DNA of 64,000 bases. It comes from Eledone cirrhosa. Lineage: Eukaryota. The notes under the pieces are model-generated. The model did not search any database, was not told the origin of the DNA, and worked only from the letters and a program-made list of their open reading frames with translations. The DNA lies in NCBI GenBank assembly GCA_964016885.1, contig OZ024740.1, forward strand, positions 70,556,001 through 70,620,000, written 5' to 3'. The translations under genes and the position numbers were made by a program. Of this stretch, positions 36,826 to 51,395 are shown piece after piece. How positions within the stretch are numbered: the first letter of the stretch is position 1; every line of letters begins with the position of its first letter.

Positions 36826-37564
36826 CCACAACAACACGGAAAAATAACAACACAAAACACTGTTCCACCCAACCCCTCCCCACCTAAAACAAATACAAAA
36901 GCAACCACAACAAAACCCCAAAACATACCCATCCCCCAAAACACGGAAGAGGACTCCGTATCAACGTCACCCAGTGACGACGAGGGAGAACCCTTTCGGC
37001 AGGTGAAATGGGAAAAAAAGGCACCACATTAACAAAAATGCTGCAAACACACAACCACCAGCACAAACAGAACAAACATCACAAACAAAAAAACCCACCC
37101 CTCCCCAAAACATAACACATACTACAAAACGCAAACACGCACAAGAACAACAAACAAAAACAAACACAACACAACAAAAACTCTATACATACATTAACAA
37201 GAACAATAAAACGTTGATGAAAGCAATAGAAAATGACCCTTCGGTGGAAACCGAAGGGATCACTTTCACCTACGCAGCGAACAAACCGCACCTAATGATG
37301 ATTAGGGTCCCAACGGAAACGTATATAACTTTGAAAAAGAACCATCCAATGCATGTGGAGACCAACTGCACCAAACCACTTAACCACGTCCTATTGAGAT
37401 GTTTCCCCACCCCCACACCAGACACCCACACCCACCAAACACCCTAATCCCACCACACACTGATGTCCTCACCCCACCACAAACTACCACCCCACCAAAC
37501 AACTCTTCCAACACCCCCATGGAAATTGTGCAGCCTGGTCCCCAGGAGACGAAGAGGCAAGTAA
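35740..37564 (+). pseudogene. Tx1 copy D ORF1, frameshifted
   Basis: Asn-rich start, TVVFRTIS, and ISVEGRRPSCYHC matching copy C ISVEGRRPKCYRC. Confidence 0.78.
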
Positions 37565-37600
37565 TTTCTTTCCTCTTCCTTTTAACTCTTCATCACCAAC

Positions 37601-39953
37601 ATGGCCAATATAAGAGTTGGATGTGTGAATGCACGCGGCCTGGGGATGTCCTGAAACAGGGCAAACTCTTAAATGACCTCAGGTCGCACAGAGTGGATGT
37701 AATGGTTATTTGCGAGTCCAGGATCAGCAGCAAGCGCCAACTGACCCCCATCTTCGACGACTTTGAGATCTACGCATCTCTCTGTCAGCCTAGGGGTGGG
37801 GGTGGGGTTGTCGTTCTGCTGCGAAAATACCTGGGTCTTGCCACACAGAAGGTACACCTGGACCCGGAGGGTCGACTGGTGGTTTTAGACGTCGGCAGTG
37901 GTGAAGGTGGAGCTTTCAGGCTGGTGGCAGCGTATGCTCTATCTGGGACACCGCGACTGGACTTCTTCCGACGCCTGGAGAATTTCCTGGGAACATCTCG
38001 CTCCTTGCTTTTAGTGGGGGACTGGAATGGTATCCTGGATGCACGTTGGGACTATGTAGGGGCATGTCCCGATAGAGGGGGGTGTAACAGCCTCAAACGA
38101 TTAATCGGCCGATTTGATCTGGCCGATAGATCTCGACTAGATTTTCCGACTGTGCCACGTTGGACGTGGAGTAATCGTAGCGGAACATCTAGGTTGTACC
38201 TAGATAGTTCCTAGTTAGAAATAAGGATAGGGACATATTAAGCTGTCCACGAATGTTCATGGTTGACTATTCGGATCACAAGTTGGTGACCGGAGTGGTC
38301 AACCTTCATAGAACTCATAGACAGGGACCCGGTTACTGGAAGCTAAACTTGTCTTTACCGACAAACAAAGCTTACAGTAAGCGGATTAGTACACTAGTTA
38401 AGCAGCGTTTGACGGGGGCAATTGTCAACAGCAGGTGGTGGGGCTCTCTAAAGAGAGCAATTAGAATAGAATCGATAGGTTTTAGTCGGGAATTAGCATC
38501 AGATAGGAATAGAACTGAAAGGAAATTAATTAATAGAGTAGAAGAGGCGATTAGGAGTGGCAACGTGGCCAGCGTGCTGGCGTCAAGAACGGCCCTAGAC
38601 CAGTTCTTTGATGCGAAGCACGAGGGATGCGCTGTCAGGAGTAAAATACGTGCTCTGGGTAACAAGGAAGCCAAAGCTGTTAGCTGGGCCCGAGTGACAG
38701 AGGCAAAAAGTGGAAACAAGTCCACGATTCGGTCTTTGAAGGACCAGGATGGACTCGTGATCCTTGACCCTGAGCGGATGAGCCCGGACCTCCAGGTGGA
38801 GAAAAACTGGGACGAGGTAACGGGCAATGTGTTTGCACTCGCCCAGAAGTGGGCCGAGTGCAAACTATCCCTGAAAGGTCGAGCGGAGGTGGCGAACGCT
38901 TATATAGTGTCCGTCATCTACTACCGCTTGACCGTCGTGCCTTGCCCAGAGAAAACACTCGCCAAAATGGAGCGCGTGCTCTTCCGATTTCTTTGGAAGA
39001 AGCGGGCTCGTTTGGTAAGAAGATCCATCTGCTGTCAACACCCTTCGAACGGAGGGCTGAGGATGCCGTGGCTGACGATGCGTAGACACGCATTAAGGCT
39101 ACGGCACCTCCAGGTATTCCTCACCGGTCAGCCGGTGTGGGCCCTGTTTGTGAGGCGAGCCTTTCCGAGACTCGTCTCACTCACCAAGCTGCAATCCTGG
39201 GTCAAGCTAAGACCGAGAAAAGTAGGCGAAGGTGACTGGCACATTGAATGTGCCCAGGCGCTCACGGCCCTCTGGCAAACGGATCCGGCAATCAGTGGAG
39301 ACTCAACCTCAACATTCTATAGAGGGTTGGTGCGCAGTAAGTGCGACGACGCTCTCGGAGAGGCTCTGGGCATGGAGGAAGATGAGCTGGCCAGTCTGTT
39401 CGGTAGGACGTTTGGCCCGGGACCGATTGACAACTTCCAAAAGTCCCTGGCTTGGCAATGTTACCGAGGAGCTCTACCCGTTCGGGACAAGCTCTACAGA
39501 CACGGGCGCCCGGGTAGGGACCCCTCGAAGAAGATCTGTCCGAGATGCGTGCGTGACGAGGAAACCGTCGCACACGCATTCGTACACTGCCCGGGCGTTG
39601 CTGACCTGTGGGGCTATGTGGAACGACTACTGTCGCGGGTGGGACCAATCCGATTGACCACCGAGAACATTGTCACGATCAAACCGCCTCCCACTTTCAA
39701 AAACGAAGGAGAGGCGGTTTTCCTCTGTGTGATAGCTATGGCAAAAGAAGTTGTATGGTGGACAAGGTTGAAAGGGCTGAGGTCAGACACCTTTCTCTCC
39801 GGCCAACAACTGGTCTTTTTTTTCAAGTACCACTTTAGAAGAAGGATCAGAATGGAGAGAGAGGTGCTCTACCCCAGCAAGTTTTATGAAAGATGGGTGA
39901 AAGTAGCGAGAATGGCCCGAGTGAATGGGCCTTCTCTCTATATCAGCCTGTAG
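37601..39953 (+). pseudogene. Tx1 copy D ORF2 lacking the RT domain
   Basis: MANIRVGCVNARGL start, GDWNG, YSDHK. LDPERM is joined in frame to SPDLQVEKNW at 38780/38781. Confidence 0.88.
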
Positions 39954-41923
39954 GTGAGAGAGGAGAATAATGAGAAGGGGAAGGAAGCACCCACTCTTTG
40001 TGCTCCTGAAGAGGAGGGTTGCACATTTTTTCGGGGGTGTGTGCGACCCATGTCAACGCCCCTCCCTATTGAGGACATCGATTGTTAAATTTAATTTGTT
40101 ATATGTTTTTTACACGTCTTTTTAAATGTATGTAAACTCCCCCCTTTGTATTTGTCCCAATCTTTGATGCCCTGGTGGCAAATAAATAGAAATTTATATC
40201 TATTACCACCAAACTTTCCATGTCTATCTCTCCCATCTATCTCTACATAATATGTACATAAATTGTAGCGCATATACAAATAGATGTGTGTTTTGGTATT
40301 TTGGGGAGAAAATTATAATTATTGGGGGGTCATGGTCCCCCCTGCATTCCTTCCCCAATTCCACCGCCCCTGGTGTATCTCAGATTACATTATCCAATGT
40401 ATTCTTTTTTTATATATATTATTTGGATGTAATCTAAGGAGGATTTTGGCTGCTGTTTTCAGCCAGTCGTGTCATTACACATACGCTCTTAGGGTGTGGA
40501 TACGTGGGAGAAAAATCTTACAAGAAATTGCAGGTGACATCTATATATTTATACCATATGTAATCAAACAAAAAGACAGCAGCATTTAACCAGTTCAGGG
40601 AGTATTGCCCTGTTGCTATTTTTAGGGTTTCCGTTACATTATTTTCGAGCATGTTAAGTATTTAATCATCTATTTATTTTTCATATTTTTGGCATGTTCT
40701 ATTTATAAACATAAAAACAGGATCATTTAAGACATGACATTTATGATACTAGATATAAATGACATTTATTACACGAATGTTAATCCTGTTTTACCTTATT
40801 ATAATGTATAAACACGCCCAAGTTATTCACAGTATATCATTTGTCATAATCCTGCAAATTTGTGTCGGATCCTCTATCACTATCGACAATGTCCATCTTA
40901 TTAAAATAAATTGAATGTCCATTTTATTAAAATAAATTGTACACTTAACGTAATTTTCATGCAAAATCAACATGAAATATGTAACAAGACTGGACTTTTG
41001 AATTACAGACACAATCCATCTTGTATTATAGAGAAAGTAGCCAAGCCTTCCACATACATGTATGTCAACATAGTTATCAAGTAGACTGCGTAATACAATA
41101 TATGACATAGCTGGACCTTTGAATTACAAGTACAATCCATCCGACGGACATCTACACAGCTTCCATCTACTCAATTTCATTCCTAAGGCTTGAGTGGAGC
41201 CAAAGGTCTGGTAATTAAATTTGCTTAAATCTCAATATAAGAAATAGGAAATGAAGACATTGATAATACATGCTGAATGTTCAATGTTATAACGTAAATC
41301 TATAGAATTTAAGGTTAATTTCCAAGCTGCAGTTAATTAAAGCTATAGTCACAATATGTATTTAAGGAATTTCCTTTATTAGTAAACAGTATTTTTGCAT
41401 TAAGAATCTCATATAAGGCCTTTTGAAGATAAATTATTAAAATATCGTAGGAAATATATGAAACTTTAAAAAAGAAATTTCATGAATCGATAAGAATTAT
41501 TGTTAGGAGAAGACTTAAGCATAAAACTGTGCCTGTATTGACAAGAGGTAATATGGAACAATGCATAAATCGACCAAACAGAAGCAATGGTGACAACTCA
41601 AAATAATGCGTGTGTGTGTGTGTGTGTGTGTGTGTATAGTTAACAAGTTCATTTCATAATCGTAATGTCTCGAACTTGGTTTCCGTGCGTGGTATCTTAG
41701 GCAGGTACCTTTACTATAGTCTCGTGTTGATTCAGGCCTTGTGAGTGAAATAAGTAGACGGAAATTGTATGAAAGCCTGTCGGGTGGCGTGTACCTGTAA
41801 TTCGAAGATGCAACCTTGCAACATTGTGTCGCGATTATTCTGCTTGGGAGGGACGTTAACAGTTTATATATATATATATATGAACTATTACCGCGCGCGC
41901 GCGCGCGTGTGTGTGTGTGTGTA

Positions 41924-41968
<45 letters not shown>

Positions 41969-41989
41969 GTGTGTGAATGTATGTTATGT

Positions 41990-42130
41990 CAGGTCGCTTC
42001 TGAGTGCTACTGGTAGCATGGAACCCAGTACAACCTGTGCATGGTCGGTGACTAAACCGGCAACCCCACCAACCATGCTTGGCGAAGAGGGTGAATTTAA
42101 ACACCCTGCGGGATGAAAAACAAAACCCAT
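41990..42130 (+). repeat. Unclassified dispersed repeat, second copy at 43543-43690
   Basis: tgagtgctactggta.catg.aacccagtacaacctgt...gactaaacc.gcaaccc is shared. Both copies follow TG/TATG microsatellites. Confidence 0.7.
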
Positions 42131-43513
42131 CAAAGGGTGGAGGGACTCAGGGGAGTCAATGGGCACCCAATAAAGTTTACTTTTTTTGTGAAGCGAGAGA
42201 CTCATAGTCTTCATTAAGACATCTCTCTAGGAGAAGGTCCCTCAGATATAAAACCTTCGACTTCGTTTGCATTCAGTGATGTAGAGCAGTTCTACTTTTT
42301 GGGGTAAATACATTCGATATTCAGAGAGTGAGATTGACCTCTTACAATCTCACTTTTTTCTTCACTTAAAAAAAGCTTCAAACTCTGGCATCACTTGATA
42401 TGTAACATTTTTTGGATGTATCATATTGTTGGCCATAGGCATGTCCCTAACTGGACTAAATAGCCACATCTGAGATGCTCGTGCTTAAGTATCAAGCGAT
42501 GGCTTTACTCGAAATCGAGTTGCTGCCATCAACATAAGTATGTTCTTTTAGTTTTATAATTTTATAAATTTTTACCAATAGAGAGTCGGTTCCTAACATA
42601 GATACAAGACTCTCTCATTGGAATTTAAACAACATCAACTAAGTAGATATGTATGCATGTCTGCATGCATGTGTAGATGTGTATGTTTTGAGTTATATGT
42701 GTGCATATGCTTTGTATCTGCATATGTGTATATGTAATTATTCGATGCAGAATATTTGTATGTATGTATATGGAATCGTTCGACACAGTTCTCACAATTA
42801 ACTAAAATTGGAAATAGGTAATGCAATGAAAGAAAAAATAATCTGACCTTAAATAAAGTGAAAACTTCAGGCATATGTCAGTATCAACTAAGTCTAGTTA
42901 TTCATATTTCTTTCAGATCGATAGAGAGGAAAGTCTATATGGAGATACAGAGTATGAGCATGCATGTTTTGAAAATTAACATAAACTAGCACAAAAATAA
43001 CCAAGAGATGTGTAGAAAATAAAACAAAACTGTGCCAGGTGTCTAAATAATCTAAATGATAACGTAAATGTTTAAAAACCTTTAAATAACAACAGTCACT
43101 TATCTAGCACCCTCGTGAGGAAATATAAAAGGCAGGGAGTAGGGATGAACTCCTATCAAAACTTAAGGGGGTTGAGAGTTTTCGTTTTGTGTGTGTGACA
43201 AGTGTCATATATTCACAAGTTCATCCTTGTCTCTCCGTATCCCAGTCCAGCATCTATCAATTGATGATAATAATAGATACATACATATATAAATGAAGGT
43301 CACTTAAAAAAAGCTAAACGATGTTCGTTAGTAATCAGATACTATCGGCTTATCGTTGCGTCAATGTAAATGTTATGTAAACCACATGTAGCTTACATCT
43401 TAATGTCAGTTAGCGGAGAGCTTTCAAAGAAAGAGAGAAGTTATAACAAGTTTCAGTAAATAGTATATTTTATTCACATCTAAACATCTGTGTCCGCCTT
43501 TTGTCTAATGGAT

Positions 43514-43542
<29 letters not shown>

Positions 43543-43544
<2 letters not shown>

Positions 43545-43690
43545 CGGGTCACTCTTGAGTGCTACTGGTAACATGTAACCCAGTACAACCTGTCGCATGG
43601 TCGGGTCGTCGGCGACTAAACCAGCAACCCACCAAGTTTACTTGGTGACGATAGTGATTTTGGACACCCTGCAGGACAAAAAACAAACCT
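43543..43690 (+). repeat. Unclassified dispersed repeat, second copy
   Basis: Similarity to 41990-42130. Confidence 0.7.
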
Positions 43691-44859
43691 TAAGTGGTTA
43701 TCACAAACTCCATATATCTTACTTAGAAATCTTCCCATTTTTCTTTTCCTCTTTAAAATCTTAATACTACTTTTCAAGTGTACATCTTAAAGCAAAATAA
43801 GACTCTGGTGAAAGAACAAACAAAAACAAGCCTACTCTTCAACCTCGGGCAAGATTCGTTTCAATGAAGAACAGTTCGTGATGCCCGTTGCATCCGTCAC
43901 TTCACTTCACTTCACGGTGTTCCTTTCTCATGCGTGATGCCCTCATCCCAATTTGGCAGAGGAGAGCGGGATTTGTCCATAAGTGACTCATTTAATAATG
44001 TCTTACTTTTAACTTCTTTTTAATTTTTTTAGTCAAACTGGGAGAGAAGGAGGGGGGAAGTGGAAGGAAGAGTGGTGATGTCCTCAATCCGGAGACCTGG
44101 TCCGAATACTTGCAACAAAATGTACTCCGATAAATGCAACCAAACTCAAGTGCTGGTGTTAATCCATACGACAGATCACGCCTACCACTCAAGTATGCAT
44201 CAGCGGGATTTGAACTCGAGACGTAGTGCACACGATATTCACCACACTCTCTGTAGATCTTTCGTACCCACCGTTCTACACTAGCATTTTATTTGTTGAC
44301 ACCAAAAAGAATAATTTTCATCTAGCAATAACCACGCCTCGGATAATTCTCATTGGCTATGATACCGCCTCTGTGCCAAGCAAGATGGTTGGATAACATA
44401 CATGAGCTCGGTTGATCTCGCTTGGGCATGTAGTCGGATCAATTGTAAACGGTTGCTTCTGAAAAGATCAGCTGGAAGATGTGTGGAAGAGTCTGTCCCC
44501 ACGAACCTCCCAGGAATAAGCGAGCGACGAAGAAGAAGAAGAAGAAGAAGAAGAGCAAATTTTACTTCGGAGGGATTTGAACACAAGAAACTGAAATAAA
44601 TATTTTGGCCGTGATATAGGTAAATTTGGGTGTCGTTAACATACATTGTTAATGGATTTAGAGAAATTAAAGGGCAACAGGTAACAGTCCAACGATGTAT
44701 CATATGATACCTCTTAGATTGGCGGCATTTTTACTTTATAAAATATATGAGACGATACATATTGATATTGACCCTTCTGGTAGCAAACTGCTTGAAAACG
44801 TCCCTACGATGTAAACTTTGTTCTAAAATGTTGATATTTATCTGAAAAAAACTCCCAAC

Positions 44860-45180
44860 ATTATTTTATGAGAAAATACTTTAAGTTGCTAGGCAAAAAT
44901 CAGGCTGTTCATCTCTTTTCCAAAGAGCATAGACTTTTTACTGGGTTGGCTTAACAAGGTGATTCTTCTATAATTAGAATAATCTTTCTTATTTCATTAT
45001 TTGAAAAGAGATTATTACTCCTGATTGTCGTTCCTTTGGTACCTTGCCAAAGCATAACGTCTCTATTTAAGGTTTTTAACATCTGGGACCGAATTTCATT
45101 TTCGCCAGAGGCTTTGCCACATTTGTGCACTTTAATTGCGTTGGTGATCTTAGACTCTAAGAGGTTAGTCTTCGCCCCTT
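44860..45180 (-). mobile_element. Decayed RTE-clade RT fragment
   Basis: ITNAIK...GKASGENEIRSQMLKTL, similar to 59070-59150. Confidence 0.6.
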
Positions 45181-45563
45181 CGTAACTATAGCGCTTGATT
45201 GGGGTGTTTTCTTGAGCGCTAACAGCATCACCCATTGCTCCACCTCCCCTAGTAGCTTACCGCTGTTAGGTCTTGGATGCTTGCAGGAGTCTACTTATAT
45301 CACAACTAACCATTATATCTGGTGGCCGCATCAACCCATTTTTTAATAGAAGGGGTCTGCCGAAAATGAAAAGTTTAAGGTGACAAATACGCAAAATCAT
45401 TAGTTCGTTGGAAAGAATGATTTAGAGTATTCGTTCCCATTCTCTGTGCTCAAAGTTTAAATCCTGTCAAGGTCAACATTCGCTGCATCCTATCGAGGTC
45501 AATAAATATAGTACCAAACCAATACTGGAGTTGAATTTTCCTTTATATATCTTAGCCACATTT

Positions 45564-45638
<75 letters not shown>

Positions 45639-47127
45639 GCCTTCCTTCTTTTTTTTCTTTCTTTCTTTGTAAGAAATTGGCTGTAATCCTACCTGGAGAG
45701 AAATGGGCTCCATAAGATTGAAATCATCTAGATGGCGTTTTTAAGCCCTTTCAGGAGTAAAGGCCGTTTGGTTTAATGAAAATGTGAAACCCCGTAAATA
45801 CGTTAAATAATACATATTTGTGTTCGTGTGAGAACGTGCGCAATAAATATAGGTAATCACTATTTAATTATAATCTTTCTTTTTCATTTCTGTTATGTGC
45901 TGTACTGCATATCGCTCCGTCCTTCAGTAGTTTCAGCACCTTATCAGTTTTTTTTGTTTTTTTTTTCTATTAAAAGGTTGTTGGTTTCTCCCACACTTCA
46001 CACCGCTTGAAACGTTTTCCAGTTCTGAATGAAGGGATGCTGTGAGTGGTCTCTTACGATTCCGAAAGAATGGAGAGAGGAGAAATTTAAGAGAAGAATT
46101 AAACACCTAATACCATATACTTGATTGATACTATCGACATCGGAAGTATAAAAACCAAATTTGATCTCTGATATTTCATCTCACAAACCCGGAACACATG
46201 TTGCGAGGAATTCTATCTGACACTTTAACAATGCTGTCAATTTGCTGCCTTAACATAATCTGTAAATAGGAAAAATCAACAATAAAATATTCTAACCTCA
46301 GATAATTTCGCGACATATTAAATCAGTGTTTCCCCCTAATATTCTTTTTTAAATCATGACGCAAATAAAAATATTTAGTGAATGAAATTGTTGCTGCTTT
46401 GTGTATGTATTTTACGAAAAGGTATTTATATATTAATTCTATAAATATAATTTTAACTACAGAGAACTAAGTTTGTTTTTGCTGTTGTTTTTTTTTCCAT
46501 TGTTTATGCAGAGGGAAAGGACAGTGTCTATGACTCTTTTCATGGCCTCTGAGACTGGTTAGATTGAACGTTCAAGATATCTTCAATTCAGAGACTTCAC
46601 TAAACCAAAGGATGAGGTGTTGACATTACACCAGGCACCAGATTGAATAAGCCACGGTGGGATTTGCATTCAGAATGCAAACAGCCGGAACAAATACTAC
46701 AAGGCACCTTTGCTACGCTCTATCGATTCCGCCAATCCACCGCTCGAAACATACTTTATTTTATCGATCCTGAAAGAATGAACGGCAGAGTTGAATACAA
46801 CTTTATTCAATAACTAAAGTATATTTATCAAGATTTATATATTCATTTTAATTTCAGTTTGTATTCTTAACTTTTAAATATTATTTTATTATATCTGCTA
46901 CTTCTGAGACTGTGAATTGGCAGAGTTGTTAGAGCGTCTGACAAATTCTTGTCAGTATTTGTTATGGATTTTTTGTTTTGAGTTCCAATCCCGCTGAAGT
47001 CAACTTTGCATTTCATTCTCCCGAGATCCATGAAAATAAAGTATCAATCAAGCAAAGGGATTGAAGTCATCCACTTTCACCTCCCCCAAATTGCTGGTCT
47101 TATGTCTAAATTAGAAATCATTATATT

Positions 47128-47313
47128 AGCGGTGGATTGGCAGTATCGGTAGAGGGTCAGACGCCATGCTTTGACGCATTGAGTTACGGCCCTTGCCATT
47201 CTGAGTTCAAATCCCGCCGAGGTTAACTTTGCCATTCATCCTTACGAGGTTGATAAAATAAAGTACCAGTAATACACTGAGTAATTGCTGGCCTTGTGCC
47301 AAAAGTAGAAACA
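47128..47313 (+). mobile_element. tRNA-derived SINE with 11-bp TSD, directly after an older SINE (about 46910-47120)
   Basis: attatattagc at 47120-47130 and 47314-47324. Confidence 0.9.
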
Positions 47314-48063
47314 ATTATATTAGCTTCCTAATTCCAGCGGGCCTAATTTCATTTCGGGACGCATCAAGCTACATCACGTGGAGCGGCGTTTGAGAATGAA
47401 TGTATTAAAATATCGCGATGCGCAGGTTGGAATGTATTGATGTAGGTTTTATATATTGTAGAATTCTAGAGGCCCTACTTTCTGAGGAAGAAGGATTTAG
47501 CGTAGCAGTTAGTGGGAGACCAGAGTGGAACACAGTATAGGTGATGAAAGAAAAAGAAAAGAGTAAATGAGGAGTGTCTAAGTGGAGATGGAAAGAGACT
47601 AACTAGCTCCGAGAAGTAGGGAACACTGTAGTAGCGGGGGGGGGGGGGACACTGATGCAGGAGACAACACATGTGTGAGCAAGAAACTGGAGTGCTTGTA
47701 AGCGACTTCATGATTGTCAATTGGATGGCCTTTCTGTGAATGCGGCCTAGAATGTTTAGCATGGGTTGTTGTGGCAGTAGTAGTAGTAGTTGTGATGGTG
47801 GCGGCGATGTTAATGATAGTAGTGTTTTAACATTTGTTTTAACATAGTGTTTTAACATTTCGGCCATTAGTCCTTAATCATAAGAGGGAGAGGTAGTGTT
47901 AAGTGGTACTCGGTTTCAACCAATTGGGTCTGCCAATTACTGATGATATATCACCTGTATGTAAAATAACTAGATGACAACACATTATGCATGTATATAT
48001 GCATGTATATGATAGTGCACATACTTAAATATGGAATGTTACGTGATCCCCCCCCCCCCCCCC

Positions 48064-48432
48064 ACAGCCCACAGCCCCAGCGGGCAGGATGGAGAAGACG
48101 TTTCCCCGGAGGACGGCAATGGAGACGCACTGGAAAAGCCACTCCAACTCGCGGAGTTCACACCTGCGGCTGGCCAGCTCAGCGCCTATGGTGGTGAGTA
48201 GGGAGGTAGCCCTAGGGCCGAGGACACCAGAAGTCTCCACTGCCAGGGGTACAACCGCAAACCTGTCGGAGAGCGACCGGTATTTAAGGAGTTTGGCCTC
48301 CTCAGCCCGATGTGCAGCAGAACCTGGGTTAGTCGCAGACTGCACCAGGTTGCTGCTGCAGAAAGTGTCGGTGCAAGTAGCATCCGAGACGAGGGGTTTG
48401 CCACCGCGGGACGGGAAGATAGTCATGCCATA
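48064..48432 (-). mobile_element. CRE-clade non-LTR retrotransposon 3' fragment (restriction-like endonuclease)
   Basis: GMTIFP.RGGKPLVSDATCTDT...AEEAKLLKY...PLAVETSGVLG...SIAVLRGN. GC-rich island ending at a C run. Confidence 0.78.
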
Positions 48433-49345
48433 GGTGCAGTATTTTGTCAAGAGTTAGCAATTGTTATAGGTAGGAATATTTTCTGAAGAGAAAGGCAAGA
48501 CTTTAGAAAGCAGTTTCCACTATTTTGTAAACGTGCGTTCTAGAGGAGAGATCCTTGGAGGAGAGATTAAAAAGTGTGTTGAGGACAGCAGCTAATTCTG
48601 GGGAGCATTGTTTGAGAGTAATGGAAGAGATGTTGATGTTGTTATTGTTGTAGTTTAATCACTGGCGATCTACAGGCATTTCAGGTGTGATCTCGCTATC
48701 TTTCTTAAATAACATTATTGAACATGCTCTTCCCTTTATTTTGAAATGTAGGGTATGGTCTGAGGGAAGTTTGACTGTTATTTTTAAAGAAGACGTTAAG
48801 TCTCCTTCATTTTGCTATAGATAGCAATAACTGAAGCGCATTTCATATTGAATAATGTATGAATCTCACATCGGTTTTGATGTTAGTATGTTTGCATTTG
48901 CCATAGACTCTAATCTGCAGTGACGTCAGTGAAATTTTTAAGTAGGGTATGCGTGACATTTCTTTTGTCATATCAGTATATTTGTCAATGAATAATTTCT
49001 AGCGTAGGAATCCCCCAACGAATGATTTTACCTCAGAGAATAAGAGGTGTATGAATGAAATTTTAGATCTTTTTAACTGTAAGTATATCTGGTAAGTATA
49101 TCACGTACACTACATGTATATACATGTATTGTAACCCATACATAAATCATATGTTTTTAGCACTGATTACTAAAATACTTAACGTGTAGTTTAAAATAAA
49201 GCCTATATTTTATATCTGGCCTGAGCATGTTGTCAGCTTTACATGGATTTCAGTGTCTGATTCAACAGCCCAACACCCGAAGAGCAGCCTGCTAGAGATA
49301 GTAGCCAAATCTCTCACACGCTACACTCTGTTTTCTTTTTTTAAA

Positions 49346-49556
49346 TAATTGTTTCTGATTTAGGCACAAGGCCAGCAATTTAAGGGGAAGGGGAAAGTCG
49401 ATTAAATCGACACCAGTGCATTACTGGTACTTTATCTTATCGACCCCGTGAGAATGAAAAGCAAAGCTAACCTCGACGGGATTTTAATTTAGAACGTAAA
49501 GGGCCATAACTCTATGCTGCAAAGCATGGGGTCTGACGCTCTACCACTACTGCCAA
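49346..49556 (-). mobile_element. tRNA-derived SINE (longer variant)
   Basis: Reverse-complement consensus with an extra internal segment. Confidence 0.85.
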
Positions 49557-50794
49557 AATAATGTAAATGCAGTATTATAGAGTGGTTATGATTGGTTGTG
49601 ATTTAACTTGTCGGTAAATACGATTAGGCAGCGATTTGGCAGAGTCGTTAAAATGTCGGATAAAATTCCATGCAGTATATGTTCCGAATCTGTACGCTCT
49701 GAGATCAAATTTCGCAGGTCTGTTCAATCAGGGCTGCTCTGGGCAAAACAACAAAAACCTAGTCAACAACGGAGCATCTATGTGGTCATTCGATCTACTA
49801 GAGAAAAAAAACAGCTAAATCTCCCTGTCATAAAACACCCTACTGTCTTGAAAGGAGAAATTGGATAATGTAAGCCTAGTTACACTATGCCAGGAAAAAG
49901 TTATTACTGTATCATTACGTTATTACAGTTTGTGAAAAGATTATCACAACAATTGCCACACCAAAGCAACCGGTATAAATTAACAAGGGAGCCACTATGT
50001 GGTCACTCATACTGTTAGAAATAGCAACCAAATCACACTCAACTTACAACTTCGTCTTACAAAATGAATGAGTGACAGAATGTGCAGTTGGGAGAGGATT
50101 TCGACTTTACAGGTATATTGTATCATACTAGTCTATAACATGCTGGAACAGATTGGAGAATCGATAAAGTCAATCCCAGTACTTGACTAGTAAATTATTT
50201 CATTGATCCTAGAAAAATGAAAGATTAATTTGGTTTCGACGGGATTTGAACTCGGAACGCGGAAACAAATATCGCAAGGTATTTTGACACACACACACAC
50301 ATACATACATACACACACACACGCACACACATACGCACACACACACACACACACATACACACACACGCACGCACACACGCACACACGTACCAATTCACTG
50401 CATTATAGCAAGTCGGGCGACCAACCACGTGTTGGAGCGATAGCTTCTTTATGACAGTGACTGACATGATGTCATGTTATGTTGGTTGTAAATGTAATGG
50501 TATGGTAACAGATAATAATTATGCTGTGTTAGCTTCAATGTTATGGTGATAGTAGCGGAACAGTACTGGCTGGCTGTAGTATTGTATACATAGCAAGTAC
50601 ATGCACATACACACAAACACACACACGTATGCTCACATATACACACATATATCTAAGGGAATTGACAGCCATTGGAGTTCAAAATTTGCTATGGTTAACT
50701 TAGATTTTCATTTTTCTGGGGAGAATAAATTACCAGTCATCTACTGAGTGTAGATTCCTCTTTCTCTCTTCTCCATCTCCACTCTCTTTTTCTC

Positions 50795-50862
<68 letters not shown>

Positions 50863-51395
50863 TTCTTTCAGAATCAACTATCTTGTGTCATGAAATCATT
50901 GACTGGAGACAACCGGAACACCCCTGCTCCAGAAACGGTGAAGGGTTGTGCGTAGGCTAACAATCTCGTTTCTAAAAAAATCTGATACGTTGGTAAAACC
51001 ATCCAAATCCAAATATAGCTCACAACGGAAATAAGATTCGCGCGCACACACACACACACGCACACACACACGCACACACACACACACACAGTATTTCCAA
51101 TGGTTGGCGTTGAAGTTGGAAAGAACAATTGCACTTTGTTAAGGGTGCAACGTGAAAATTCTTGTACAACAAACAGTAAATCCCTCCAAATTACTAATAA
51201 TCCCAATCTAGATGTGAAATTTAGGTCCCATTTCAAACAGCGGCTCATTGAGTTTTACTCTAGCAAGTAGTATCATACTAAAGATTTATGTATGGGTTAC
51301 GGGTTCATGCATATATATGTAGTGCACATGATATGCTTACAAGTAACAGAATGTTATAAAGGAACTACAGCTTGAGATGAGTAGACCCCTTATAT

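Larger units (their letters stand above)
35540..40194 (+). mobile_element. Tx1-clade copy D, divergent subfamily, RT deleted, about 15-bp TSD
   Basis: ORF1 with CYHCLSRGHLRAAC, APE domain and C-terminal CPRC. TSD tatatc(a/t)attaccac at 35525-35539 and 40195-40209. Confidence 0.88.
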
